Origin: Geosiphon pyriformis uo1
Lineage: Eukaryota; Fungi; Glomeromycota
Direction of reading: 5' to 3'
Assembly: GCA_016748015.1 (NCBI GenBank)
Contig: JAAOMT010000436.1
Span: 52,703 to 116,702, forward strand
DNA length: 64,000 nucleotides
Shown: positions 50,444 through 64,000 of the stretch, piece by piece
Numbering within the stretch: the stretch's first letter is position 1
How the letters are laid out: each line of letters starts with the position of its first letter
Program-made: the position numbers and the translations under genes
Notes under the pieces: generated by a model
What the model was told of the DNA's origin: nothing
The model's database searches: none
What the model saw: the letters and a program-made list of their open reading frames with translations, nothing else

Positions 50444-53400
50444 TTAGACTTGTCTCATTTGTGACAATCTATTGGCATTTCCATTTTCTTTTTCTTTTTT
50501 GTAATAAACTGTATAATTAAATGGTAAAAGTTCTATTTTCCATCTGACATGGTGGTCATCTGCAAACTCTTATTTCTGAATTGAAGTCAATTCTTTGTAA
50601 TCAGTATACACATCAAACTTTTGACTCAAGTATTCTTTCTATTTGATAACAGCCCAATAGATAGCTAAGTGTTTCAGTACTGGAGTTCTATAGTTCTTCT
50701 TAGCTGGACTTAAGCTTCTACTTGTGTAAGCTACTGGATGTTCTCATCTGTCCAGTTTTTTTTGAAACAATACTGCTCCCAATGCTTGACCAGATGCATC
50801 TATTATGATTATGAATAACTTGCTATAATCTGAATAGATTAGTATTGGAGCTTAAATAAGCTTTCTTCTTAATATATCAAAAGCTTCTTGCTGAATTTTC
50901 ATTCATTCATATTTGGTTTTTTTTGTTTGGAGTTGGTGTAGTGGTTAAGCTATTTTGGAAAAGTTCTTGATAAAACAGCAGTAGTATCCAGCAAATCCCA
51001 AGAATGTTTTTAATTTTGTAAGATTATTTGGTATTGAAAAGTTCTTGACAATCTCAATCTTGTCTGTATCTGTTTTGATTCCATCTTTGCTTATCTTATG
51101 TTCCAAAAACTTGAGTTCAGTTTTTCCAAAGAAACATTTGGTTGCATTTAGCTTTAGTCCAGCTCTTTTTAGTCTTTCAAACACTTGTTGGAGATGATGC
51201 AGATAATTATCAAATGTTTTCGAGAACACATTGGTGTTATCTAAGTATATGACTACTGATTTCTATAGTAGTCCAGTATAAACAATTTCCATAAGTTGTT
51301 GGAATGTTGCTGGAGCATTCATCAAGCCAAATGGCATTATTTCAAATTCAAAATTTCCTTCCTGAGTTGTGAAAGCTGTTTTCTCTTTGTCTTCTGGTTT
51401 CATAATTACTTGCTAATAACTATTGTCTAAGTCTAATGTTGAAAATCATTTCTTTTTTCCAAAAGCATTGAACAATTTTTGGATCTTTGGAGTTGGATAG
51501 CTATTTTCTTTGGTTACTCTATTTAATTTCTGGTAATCTACACAAAAGTGAATTTTCCCATTTTTTTTATGGACTAGTATTACTGGCAATGACCATGAGC
51601 TTATTGATGGCTAAATTAACCTGTTGTCAAGCATCCAATTAATTTCTTGATAAATGATCTTATGGCTGGCTGGTGGTATTCTGTATGCTCTTTGTTTAAT
51701 TGGCATTGTATCTTCAGTCTTGATTTGATGCTGGATGATGTTAGTTCTGCCAAATTCGTTTTCACTGGCAAAGATGTTACTGAAATTGTTGAGTAACATC
51801 TTAAGTTGTATACATTGTAGTAAATCTAAGTTTCCCATGTTTATTTGTTCTAATTGTTCTGGTTGGAGCAAATAACATTCATTTCATCTATATATTGTTT
51901 GTAATGTAATATCCACATATCTGCAAAGTTGTAGAAAGTCTGAAATGATGTCTGAAAGTTGGTTTTTAATTTCTGTGGTCAAGTATCCAATGGTGGTTCC
52001 TTCTGGTATCTCGATAATGTCTCTCATATTGTTGTAAATAGAAATTTTGATGTGGCTGTGGTTTTTGGCTGGTATGTGTAGATTGACTAATCTGATCTTT
52101 CCTGATTTACAAAGTGTTGCTTTTGTCTCAAAAATCTGTATCTGATCTTTTACTTTTCTTTTTATGGTTAACATATACTGGTTATATAGTGGAATGGAAA
52201 TTAATTGACAAGTGAATATAATTTCTTCTTTGTCAATAATTTCTTCTTCTGCCATATTAACTGGTACATCTATTCTATCCGTTGATCTGAATCTTTGTAT
52301 CTCTCTAGCTGTAATTCCTAATTCTTTTCTGTTTTCCACTGATATTAATTGAGCTATTTTAACCAGAAACAGGAATATTGCCTGTGCTATCTTTTTATTT
52401 GGATTTATGCTATATATTTTTTCTGAGTCATTTTATAGCATTGCAATAATATTTCCTACATATCCTGCATCAATTATTTCTTCTTTAATGTTGATTTTCT
52501 TTTTGGCTAAGCTACTCTTAGATGCTAACTGAACTATTGTTGTTGCTGAGATTTCCAGTACTATTTTGAAATCAATGCAGATGTATGAATGAAGTTCCAA
52601 TTTGATGGGATCTTATTTCAAATATTTCAGATCAAATCCTACATCAGTATTATGCATGCATTCTGGCATAATACCTTCATTATTATTGCTAAACCATTTA
52701 AGTTTCTGTTCTTTGGTGAGATCAGGGAGTGCAATATATGTTTTGGGATTTAAATTGGAGTTCAAATCACTATATTTTTTATTGCCATATTGAGCAGAGC
52801 TAGAACCATTGTTTTTATTGTTATCAATGTTGGAGTTTAAATTAGGATTGAAAGTTGATTCCGATTCTGATGCACAGTTGTTGATTGGTTTCTTTTCTTC
52901 TAGAATTGTGTAGATCATGTGGATTGGTAGATTGTAAATAAGATCACACTCATTACAATATTGAAAGTCACATGAGATTAAACAATGGTTACATAGTCTT
53001 GTATTTATTTCTTCTAACTATTGCTCTTGTTTTTTTCTAGTGGGTGCTAATTTCTGGTAATGTTCATGGAATTGTTTTGGATTCAAAAAATTTATGACTG
53101 GTTCTGAGTCCCAGTCAAGTTTTATGGGCTTGGGAGGGTTATTTTTGATCATCCTTATTTCTTTTAGTAATGCTCCTTTGATTTTAGCGAAAGCTATTCA
53201 CCATATTTCATCATTGTTATGTGGACATCCATCCAAGCGTTTGACTGTTTATTTTCAGGCAGCATCTATGAGCATTCTTTTTCTTATCCAGTTGTTTATG
53301 AAAATTGTGTACTGACATGATTTGTCACATGTTTTTTCTCTCCCAGAAATGTTATTCTACATTTCTTTGTCAAGGAAAGTTTCATCACAAGCCAAACATG

Positions 53401-56400
53401 GCTTATTATCCTATTTTCTAACTCATTTTGGTCTTCCAAAGTGTTCAATAACACATGAGTGGCAATAAAATTTAGTTACTGTTCAGTATTTTTCATCGTC
53501 TCCATAGCATGTGCTCATTGATGACAATTCCTTATTATAATTAACACATATGAGCTTTGGTCGTCGATAATACAATTGTGGTGGTTGAGAGTAAGTATAT
53601 GGAGTATATATTGAGGTGGTATCTGGTTCTGGTTCTTCCTTTTTCTCTTTTCCCTTCTCTTTTCAAGTCCAAATTGGTGACTGCTTGCTTTGGATACTAC
53701 TGTCCCAATAACTTTGGTTGGCTTTCCCAGTAAGTTTTTTTTCTCTTTTTTCCTTTTCTTTGTCATCTTATGATGGTATTGGCAGCAGTTTGTTGTGTTC
53801 TGTATTGGCCCAAGAGACTTGATAGACTTTCTAGATAGGTTTTCTTTCTTCTTTTTTGAACTTAATGAGTGGTGTTATTGGCATAGTGATTGACTTGAAG
53901 TGGCTACATGTGGTTGGTACATGTGTGTGTCAATTATTCTGACTAAGCTGGAGCTCTTGGGTGTTTCAATTAAGCATTGTGTGAGTTTTAGACAGCCAGT
54001 CATTGCCAATGAGTGCTTGGTATTGAGTGGCTTTCATGACTAATATCTTAATCAGTACAATGATGCTGTTGACTTCAATAGGTAAGTCGTCTATCTTGCC
54101 AATCAGAGTTTTGGTTGCTCCATTAGCTGTTATAATTCTGGTGCTGGCAGCTTAATCAACTTGGCGACCTAATTGGTCCATAAATTGTCTTGTGATAATG
54201 CTGTTAGCTGATCTATTATCTAAGATTAGTTTGATGAGATGGCCATCAACTTTGGCATCAGTGTACATGGTAGTAATAAGTTTTTCTTCAAGAGTGGCTT
54301 CACTAAACAATGGTGTGGTTAACAGTTTTTCGAGTTCAAACAGAAAGATGGCATTCAGTGATTTGTCTTCCATAATGGTAGCTGGTAGAATGTTGCTGGT
54401 AGGTGTTGCTTGTTGGTTGGTTTCTAGATTATTGGGTTGGGTGTCTTCTGGAGTAATCAAAAGACTTAAATAGTTCTGGAGACTTGGGTTTTGGGTGTAT
54501 CTGGTGCCCAAATTTCATTGTTAAGATTCTAATGGTTGTGTCATGGAACTGGAGATCAGTTGATAGACCACTATCAACAATCTCCAGCTTTGTTGTGTCA
54601 GTCTTGGCCTTTGGGTTTCATTTTGAAGTAAGTTCTGCAGTGGTGTTTGAATTTTTTGGGGCTGATAAATTACCTGAGGCTGTGGCTGATAAATGGGTTG
54701 GAGCTGTGGTTGATAAATAATGGGTGTTGTTGGCTGATAAATTGGTGGTTGATAAATTTGTGACTGCGTTATGAGTATGTAATTTGGTTGATATATTGCT
54801 GAGTTTGATTGATAACTCGGAGTTGAAAACCTGCAATCAGGGTTTCAATATTGATTTCCTGATTGTTGGTTTTCTATTCTTAACCTACAATTGACTTTCA
54901 AATGTCTTTGTTTACTATAGTAGTGGCAAACATGTGTCTTCTGCAGCCACTGTTGATTGGTCGAGAATGATGGATGCAACTGATTCTGGAAACAATTCGC
55001 ATTTCCAGAATTATTGTATCATTGTGATGATTAATAAATTGCCTAATTGTTAGCTAAGTATCTCTCTAATTTCTGATTGATTGAGTCACTGAATTGTTTC
55101 AATTTGGAATCCAATTCAGATGATTCATTCATTACTAAATTAACAGCTTGGGTGTGGTTAGCTTTGAGTTCAGCTGCTTCAAAATCTCTGGCATTTGTAA
55201 TGGTGGCTTGAAAATCTGCTGGATGCATTGGATGTACACGTTAGAGGATACTACTGTGCAGACCTCTAATAAATTGATTTAGGATTTGTGGCACTATAAA
55301 ATAATCAGCCTGGATTGCCTGAATTTGGTGCAGATTTTTATGGAAGCATCCTAGGTAAGTGGTGACTGCTTCATTTTTTTCTTGCTTGATAGTGATAAAA
55401 GTGTTTGCCAATTGATTGATGCTATTATTATTACTAAAATATCCCAAAAATGCAACTTTAAATTCCTGGAATGTTTGCAGTTTGGTGACTAAACTTTGAT
55501 ATCAGAAGTCGGCAGTATCCTGTAAAAAATAAGGGATGGCTTGAAGTGTTCTTGCATCATTCCATCCATTGGCTGTAATGGCCTTTTCAATGTTGTTGAG
55601 CCATATTTGGGCATCATCTTTTTTGCCAGTGAATTTCTCGAGTTTTGCTATTGGGGCATAGGTCATTGGATCTAAGTTTGGTTGTTGAAGTTGTTGTTGC
55701 AGTTATTGAAGCAGCTGTTGTGGTTGTTGGGATGGTTGAAGTGATGGCTATTGAATCAGTTCAATAATTGGTTCAATTGGTGGTTGATTGATAACGATTA
55801 CTGAAGGTAAGTGTTATTGGTTATTAATGTCAGAATTTCGATTATTCTGATTTTGCTGAGTTTAAAAATTCAGGAGTTTTGACTTCCAGATTTTCTAAAT
55901 TTGGATCTTGCTGAGTTTGAAAGTTCGATATTCAGGTTTTCTGGAATCAGGTTCTGCTAAGTAAATTTCTGATCTTCAGCTTCTTCTTCTTCTTTTTTTT
56001 TTGATTCTGTTATCTTCCAGGGACTTATGTTTTCAAAATCTGGTTGAGGTGACAGTGATTGGAATCCTAATGGCATTGGCAATTGCAATTTAAATCCTTC
56101 AAAATAATCACCATAGGTTCCTAGTAATTCTGCTTTCTTTTGTTTACTTTGGAATAGGAGTTGTCCAAATGTTAATGTTGTGTGTGATGTAGACGTGCCT
56201 GTTAATGATATGTTAATGGCACTTTTAGCTATATAGTGATATAATAAGTTTGTTGGTAATTCAACTCTGGTTTTCTTTCAAGTGGGTGGTTGTATTTGTT
56301 TTGGTGTTACTGCTAGTGTTTGCAACCTTCTTTTGCCTTTGTCTGCATAAGTAATGGGGAATTGTTGTTGTGTGTATCTTTCAATAGTTTGATTAATTTC

Positions 56401-56655
56401 CCTAATGATTGATACAAAACTGTAGTTTTTTGGTAGGCTAATATGTTGAAATAATTCTGTATAAAAGTTTTTTCTTGCAGATTCAATGTCAACTGTTCCT
56501 CCTAAGCAGTCTGTAATTTTATTATTGACATAAAAGTTAAAGGCTGATTCTGCTGAGAAATGGTTATTGTTTAATTTTAATGGTTGGCTGTACTGTTGAA
56601 ACAAAGATTTGGCAAATTCTAAATGGTTTGCTCTTATAATTTCTGATTCTGCCAC
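50444..56655 (-). pseudogene. gag-pol: Polyprotein of C
   Basis: Colinear with A and D; ends NRLSQMRQV*. Confidence 0.9.
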
Positions 56656-57477
56656 TTTTGGATGATTGTTGTTGGTGCTGGTTTTCTGTAAGATTATACC
56701 TCACAGGGAGCACCAAATGTTACAAATGATTATTTGGGGTCTCAAAGCAAATAACAAATCTGTAACTTGGTGCTTGGTTGGTATTCTGGTGTTGATATCT
56801 AAAAATTTTGTTGATCTAAAAGTTTTGTTGTGGAGTTCTTTGTATAATGGACAGAGATTTAATAGTTGTTTTAAGTAGCCTCTTAGAATCGCAATTTCAT
56901 CGAATTTCTTTCTCAGTGTGGTGGCCAGTAATTCTCCTGGTAAGTTATCCTTAAATCTATGAGTATTCTATCTTTGTTTCATGGGTTTTTTACTAGTTTC
57001 TATGATGTCTGTATCTCAGTGCTTAATTCTTAATCAATTAGTCAACCAAAAAAAAATACAAAGAAATAAAATAAAATAAAATAAAAGAAAATAAAGAAAA
57101 TAAACAACAGCAATTGCAAGTTAGTATTTCATCAATAGCCATGATCAAGAGCTATTGTTCCAATGTGATTAAGTATTACTTACTATCAACATAAAGTGTT
57201 AATAGTAAAGAGTGGATTGAGATAGTGAATAATTATTTATTAATAGTTGTGAATAGAAGGTTTGTTTAGATCAGATCTAACTAGGAAATCTCTAACTAAA
57301 GGATTCTGTTTTTTTTACTTCTAGCACTACTGCAATTCCTTGTATGAGAATCCTGAAATTCCTGGAATCCTGTGATCCCTCTTGAGAGGAATCCTGGAAT
57401 TCCACATTTACTATGGCTATTCTTGATTGGCTAATTTACATGCTAATATATTCTCTATATTCTATAAGTAACACTAC

Positions 57478-59813
57478 CAGACAATTTCCAACCCAAATAG
57501 TATTATTCACAAAAGTCCCAGCCACAAAAAATAAAGTCCTGCCACTCTTGGAATCAGCTCTACTGGTCCTAGTGAAAAATCTTGAATCCAACTTATAACC
57601 ACACAATTGTTCATGTCTTTTGACCTCACAAAACAAAAGATCATAAAAAATCTTTCACAACAGTGGCAAAAAAACTTCTCCTTGATTCAACCCATCATGA
57701 ACAGTATATTTATCAGTAAGACCAAAGTCTGTTATTATCCAGTTGGTCTAATTATTGTGTATGTTTCCAAAAAATTAATAAAATAGGGGCACATCTTGAT
57801 TCTAGTCAGACTGTTTTACAAATGAGGCCATCCAACTGAGTCATAAGCCTTCTGTATATTCTGAAGTACCAGTCACAGTTTTCTGTTTTTCTTAAGTATA
57901 TCCTCAACAATTAAGCCAATGGTAAAAATAAGAATTTGAGTAGATGTATCCTTTAAAACCAAGAAATTGTCTCCACAAAAAACATTAAACTCACTGCAGG
58001 CCAGAGATATTCTGTCAGAAAGGATCTTTAATAGTATCTTCCTAGCTGTTTTAACTAATACTATAGGTCTAATATTAGTAAGTATTCCTTCCCAATTATA
58101 TGGTTTTGGTATCATAGAAATCCAGGCCTGCTTCTACTGTAAAAAAACTGCACCCAACTCTAAACATGTATTAAGAATGTCTAACAAACCACCCAGAACC
58201 AGAACATCTCCATGTTTCCAAAGCTTATTAGGAATGCCAAAAATGCCAGCAGCTTTCCCATCAGGCAGTTCTTTGACCACTAAGAGAAACTCATTTGATC
58301 CAATTACATTCATGATTTTTGAAAACACATCATCATTAACATAAGACAAGAGGGCATACTAATCAGACCAGTAAACAGGCAGAGAATTGGGAGCAACTTA
58401 TTTTTTTGTCTATCCTTTTATGATGACATCAACAGTAGATTTCACTTCTTTAGGTTCCAAAATTAGCTTATCATCCATTATTAAATGGTCTAGTACCATC
58501 TTTTTAAATGGCCATTTCAATACACTTTTGATCATATGTCTTTTATTAAAGCTAAAGTTTTCTATGCATTTGTTAATTGCATCTCTGATTAAAATGTCTC
58601 TGACCACCTTAAACTCATAATATTTAGACTTTTGGTACAATTTTTTGACCTTTAACAGATGTCACAAAATGTTCTCTTTGTTCTCACTGCAATCAAACAT
58701 TGTGCAGGTTTTAAAGGCCCCCTTATCATTGAGATTGAACCACACATCAAAAAGACGAGCAGCTTCTGATTTCCAACCTGAGCTCAAACACTTTATTAAC
58801 TTGGCCACCAGCAATTCCAGCTTAAAGAACCTCAAAGACTGCCTATTTTTCTGACAATTGAACACACTAAACCAATGCTTAGAAAACACACTATCAGCTG
58901 AGCTTATAACCACCTCTTTAAGAATCTCCCACATAGTATCCAAATCTCTATTAGCCTTTGCATCATTGAACACATTCATACTTTCCAAGAATCTGTCTAG
59001 CAAGTATGCTCTAAAGCAGGACCACTTATTAGCATCCGCATTCTTGATTTTAAACTTCCATTTATTCTTATTTGCCTGCTTATAATTACTATTAAGCCAG
59101 ACATCTAAGAGACCACCCAGACCAACTGAAACCAAAACAGTATTATACTCCATGTCAAAGAAATCAGAAACAGACACAATTTTGTGACTGGCTACTACAA
59201 ATAACAAATTTTTGCTCATGAAAATGTAGTCAATAATTTTCACTGCACTCTGTGAATTGCCCTAAGTAGAAGCTTTAACCAGAAAGTGACCACTAAAAGA
59301 ATTGGCCAATTCCAAATCCAAGCAGAACTTAAAACTAGTACTCTTTCTGGATCCATTTTCATTAAAATCACCACTTAGTACCATGAATATAAAGAAATTA
59401 ACAGCTTTGGCAATAACAGAGTTGGTCTTACAAGCTTGGCCGAATCTGGTTTCAGCAAAAACACTAGCATATAGGCCCAAAATCACTACTGACAGCTTGC
59501 TCTTGAAAAGGAGCCAAACAGAAACAAGACAACCAGAAATTTCTTTAATCTTAAAAACATAATGTGCAAGAAAATTGTTCATAATGATTGCTACCCCAGC
59601 ACCAAGAAATTTTCTGTCCAAACCAGAAGAAAAGATTTTTACCCCATCAAACTTATTCATAATCTAAAGCCTGACATTAGATCTCAACTTTGTTTTTGTA
59701 ACAATAGAAACCATACTTCCAGATTCCATATGCCAATAAACAACATCTTCCTGCTTAGTAGAGACATTGATACCACAAATATTGCATATTGCAAATTTAC
59801 AAACCAAATCTAT
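57478..59813 (-). pseudogene. LINE-2 ORF2 5' half (APE endonuclease, RT)
   Basis: CNICGIN, ILGLYAS, SGDFNE, IIDYIF, KAAG. Confidence 0.88.
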
Positions 59814-61650
59814 TATTGAGAAAAACAAATAACAAGAACCAAACCAGCATTGTCCATTTTGGCTGAGAGGCCTATAACCATAATTGAGAGATTATTCAGA
59901 GTTTTTTCTATTTTAGAAATAACTAAAGAATTAAAAATCTTCACTTCTGCAATAGCCTCACCATTAGTGGTCACACCTAAACTCTCACTCATCACTATAT
60001 TCACTTCTTGATTCTGTAATGAAAAGGTCACCAATGGCTGACATCCAGGGCTAGGCCAGGAAACCATTGGCTCAGATGAGTCCAATCTCTTAGCCAACCT
60101 GTTAATGCATTCTACAAGACTGACAAGACTACATTCAAGTGCAGCAAACCTATTGTTCAATTCCACAGACACCATCAGAATAGGTTTTATCTTCGAAAAG
60201 ACACTAGAAACAGTTGAACCATTGCATACAGGGAGAGGAGGAAATGAAGATCTACCAACAATATTGGCCCAAGAGACATCACCAAAAAAAACAGGACAGG
60301 AGATAGATGCAAAGCATCTAGCATAAATAGAAGCTAGTCTGCTTTTATCATCATTTGACAGTATTCTGCGAACTGAGCCATCAGAAAAAACATTTCCACC
60401 CACAGAACAGTTTAGAGAGGTATGACATAAATTCTCACACTTAGCACACTTAGCAGAACTCAGGTAAGACCAGCACAAATTGACACCCTTCAAAACAAGT
60501 GTAATTTCCATGACAGCATCAATTAAAACAGCAGAGTCAAAACACACAACAGCACACCTGGCTCAGGCATATATAATAGGATATCAATTGATGACACATG
60601 TTTTCTCACCCACAGAGCCAATAAAGTCCCAGATATCATGAGCATTAGTGTCTATTGGCAGTATATAGAGCAAAGCCCTATGCTGATTCCTTGTATTCCA
60701 TGATTCCTTATCTGCATTAGTCTTAACCACTCTCATAGCATTTTTTTTGATTAAAATGGATCATTTAGCTGCTACCAAATCAGCCTGATCTGATTGGGCA
60801 AATTCAACCACAGCCTTTTGCCACAGCCTTATTAATTACATTTTGATTGACACAACAGAACCAAATTTAGAAAACACAGCATGCACAGTTTCAGCCAAAG
60901 TTCTAACTGGAATTTCCTTTACCACCACAGCCCGATCTAAGCAAATAGTTAATTTTTTGAGATCAGTATTTACTAAAATGTTTACTGCTCTCATCTTTTC
61001 CATAGTCTGTACCAAACTAGCTTCAGAAGTAAAGGAAGCACAGATGATCTCAGAAAATTTTGAAGGAGTAAAAGCCTCTTATTGACTTTTGAAAATAATC
61101 TTCTGACCACCATCAGCTTTTTCTGAAAAGATTTCCCAGTCATTTTGTCCAGTTCAATATCCATAGCAAAAGATTTCTGAACAAAAACATTGACCAGATT
61201 CTTTAGAAGGGAAGGGAGAATCACTGGAGTATCCAACAGAATGTTATCATCATTAACATTATCCAAAAAATTGATTTTCTCCAATGGTGTATCCACGGCT
61301 TTCTTGGTTACCAATCTTAGACTCTTCAGTATCTGATTAGAATCACCTTTCATAAACAAACTTCTTTCACCATAATCTATACTGGTTTTCTCTACCAAGC
61401 ACTTCTCTTCTATATTAACATTATCAGATTCAGTGGTATCATCAGCTTTAGACTTTCAAAAACTACCAACAGCTTTTTTAGACAAGACCAGTTCACTAGC
61501 AATACCATCCTTCAAAACACCACCTTTTCTTTTCTTCCTAAAAGCAATATTCTTTTTAACACTTTCTTCACTATTAACAGAACTAAAGCCTTTAACAGAC
61601 TTCTTTATTACAGCAATACTACAGCCAACAATAACCTTGTAATTAAGCAA
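59813..61650 (-). pseudogene. LINE-2 ORF1 (gag-like, CCHC knuckle, coiled coil)
   Basis: CAKCENLCHTSLNC; lies directly upstream of ORF2. Confidence 0.8.
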
Positions 61651-62152
61651 AAAGGGTTTGGATTTGTCATACTGAATTGTAAAAAACTTTTTTCAGAAAA
61701 ACTTTTTGATTCTTTTTAGGGAATTTTGGACGAAGGAGAGAAAAAAGTTTTTATTTTATATTTTATTATTTAATATTATTAATTTTTAATACTTTAGTAT
61801 TTTACTTTTTTTTTAATTTTTTATAAATTAAAATTATGTTTTTGTTTATATTTTTTATTAAATAATTTTTAAAAATTATTATTATATATATTTATTTTTA
61901 AAATATATTTTTAAGTATTTTTAATAAAATAATAATATAAATAATTTAGATTTAAAATTATTATTAAAAAAAAAAGGTACAATAAATTTAAATTAAATAA
62001 TATATATTATAATAATTAAAAAAAAATCATTAAAAAAAATTTAAATAAATAAATTTATTGTTAAAAAACAATTATTTAAACGGTTTTTAATTAACTTAAA
62101 TAATTAATTACAATATAATTTATATTTAATATATATAATAATTGGATTATAC

Positions 62153-62187
<35 letters not shown>
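62153..62187. repeat. (TAA)n microsatellite
   Basis: Seen directly. Confidence 0.9.
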
Positions 62188-62188
<1 letters not shown>

Positions 62189-62790
62189 TAATGGTTAAAT
62201 TATATTTCTAAAATAATAAAAACATTTAAACAAAAATATACAAATAATATTCAATACAAATTAAATTATAAAACTGCAAAAATAATCTAAACAAAATAAA
62301 ATTTTTTCAAAAAAAATTAATGTTAAAAATCAAAATAATTATCAAATTAAATAATTGATTTTATAATTATTATTGTCAAACAAGTTTTACTAGTATAAAT
62401 ATTACAAAAAGTAATGAATAAATTTTTTTTAAAAAAGAATTAAACTATAATTTTACAATTATTTTTACAATTAAAAATAGATAATAATAATAATAATAAA
62501 TAAAATAAAAGGAAAAAAAAATCATTAAATTTATACCAACATTTGTTTTTGCTTCATCTTATTAAATATGTTTATTTCTCAAAACGTTAGCATGTAGTTT
62601 TCAAACGCATAAAACCAACGTTAACAAATTACATGTCTCATAAATATTATTTACAATGTTAATTATAAAGATCCAGATTAATTAAAAAAGAGTGGTTTTC
62701 GGGAAACCAAAATATTTCAAAGTTTTCACGTAAAATGCGAAAGTCGGCCCGTAAAGTCCAAAATGAAGGCAAAACCAATGTTTTCGTGGA

Positions 62791-64000
62791 TTAACAGCAG
62801 CCTTCAGAGTGAGATCGCTGCTCATCATGAAGATTTATAGTCCCGTTAGAGTCCTTTGGTGTTTTTCCTTGGTTCTTTTCCTCAATATCCATGATTTCTG
62901 ATACCAGATATCTGGCAGCCTCATCAACGTTATGATTCTCTTTTGCCGAAGTTTCAAACCTGTAAATACAAAAAGTAAAAATGGTAAATTCAGGTTTCTT
63001 AATTAATATAATCAATAGTTACTTTTTTCAATGTTTACCAATGGACGAATCCTTTCTCTTCGCAATATTTGATCATTTCTGATTCGGTCTTATACGAGTA
63101 ACTATCTTTTAACAGATCGCACTGTCAGGGAAGGAGAGTCATGAATTCATGATTGAATGAATTTAAAAGAAAATTATTAGCGGAAAAATATTAGTTTACT
63201 TTGTTGGCCACCAATACGGCAGGAATTGGTCCACCACCCCATGCTTTAGGAAGAGAAACTTTCGAATCTAGATCATGTTTCCATTTGGCGACCCCATCAA
63301 ATGTTGAAGATCGAGTGACGTCATAGACCACAAGGGCTCCCAAGGCCTCTTTATAATAAACCTTTTTTTTGATATGTTTTGATAGGGTGAAGAGGCAGGA
63401 TGAGTCAATAATGATTCAATAAGAAGGAATGTGTGTTGATTTCTCGGTCAAAATGGTTTCCGATCACAAGTAGAGTAGGGTAGGGTATGGTAGGGTATGG
63501 TAGGGTAGGGTAGGGTAGGGTAGGGTAGGGTAGGTAGGTAGGTAGGTAGGTTTAACTCTCAAAAGTAGGCCAGGTTTTTAATAAAATTAGTAGTTGTATC
63601 TTACTCTTGTCATATCTCCAAATCGTTCTTGACCGGCGATATCCCATAACTGTAATCTGACCACCGTGTCTGGTGACCATTGTAAAGCTTTCTGGGCGAA
63701 ATCAACACCAATCTTGGAAAAAAGAGGATGAAATAAGGATAAAAATTATTAAATTAAGTTTAAATATAGATAAAAAAAATGAATTCTTTCAATGAAATTT
63801 ATTCCCAATGGTAAATAAAGAATTCTTGAGAATTCAGTGTAAAAAAGTATTAAAAAATGCAACTAAAGTGATATTTTTTCTCTCATTACATTTTAACTTA
63901 CCGTACTCTTATAGTGCACTGAGAATATGTTGTGAACATAACGTTTAATGATACTCGTCTTTCCAGTACCCAAGTCACCGACGACAAGAATTTTGTAGAG
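62791..64000 (-). CDS. RAB32: Rab32/38-family small GTPase, 5' end outside the window. Exons 64000-63902, 63712-63605, 63361-63200, 63121-63039, 62959-62791
   Basis: [25 protein letters not shown] (Rab32/38/29 signature), ANKCD, FETSAK and C-terminal CC. All four introns are GT-AG and frame-consistent. Confidence 0.93.
63471..63550. repeat. (TAGGG)n/(TAGG)n microsatellite in a Rab intron
   Basis: Seen directly. Confidence 0.92.

Larger units (their letters stand above)
47459..57473 (-). mobile_element. Ty3/gypsy element C, full length, inserted in the LINE-2 RT
   Basis: LTRs 47459-48324 and 56718-57473; PBS 56700-56715; PPT ~48325-48340. TSD CCAC/CTAC; excision restores WVGNCLVVTQHIL. Confidence 0.95.
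44975..61745 (-). mobile_element. LINE-2: near full-length non-LTR retrotransposon (ORF1 + ORF2 EN-RT-RNase H), split by element C
   Basis: ORF1 59813-61650 and ORF2 59813-57478 plus 47458-45110. Motifs LSGDFNE, IIDYIF, IRPIVL, IYTDG, ELQTIALA, DHVFSC. Confidence 0.9.

Noticed and set aside
63471-63550. Telomere
   Set aside because: Short, intronic and TAGGG/TAGG rather than TTAGGG.

Overview
Eukaryotic, AT-rich, repeat-dominated window. Gene content and intron style suggest an early-diverging fungus, probably Glomeromycota or Mucoromycota (Geosiphon-like); this is inference, not verified. Host genes lie only at the edges. On the left are two Crinkler-type nuclease gene fragments separated by an N gap (567-3490). 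On the right are the 3' five exons of a Rab32/38-family GTPase (62791-64000, minus). Between them is a pile of decayed retroelements. Three Ty3/gypsy elements are nested: A (+, ~12480-42190) contains D (-, 19164-39107), which contains B (-, 22772-32589). A fourth complete element C (-, 47459-57473) sits inside a full-length RNase H-bearing LINE. A partial B copy abuts a second LINE, and an older relic E lies at ~3565-6115. The most interesting signal is an architecture shared by two divergent LTR families: (1) one frameshift-free polyprotein, apparently GUG-initiated: helical N-domain, Gag, PR, Cys-rich domain, dUTPase, RT, RNase H; (2) a conserved stop, then an A/C-rich spacer, then a separate integrase ORF with its own AUG; (3) an uncharacterised ~220-240 aa ORF3 abutting or entering the 3' LTR. 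All TE copies are inactivated almost only by C>T/G>A substitutions, while the host genes keep their CpGs.
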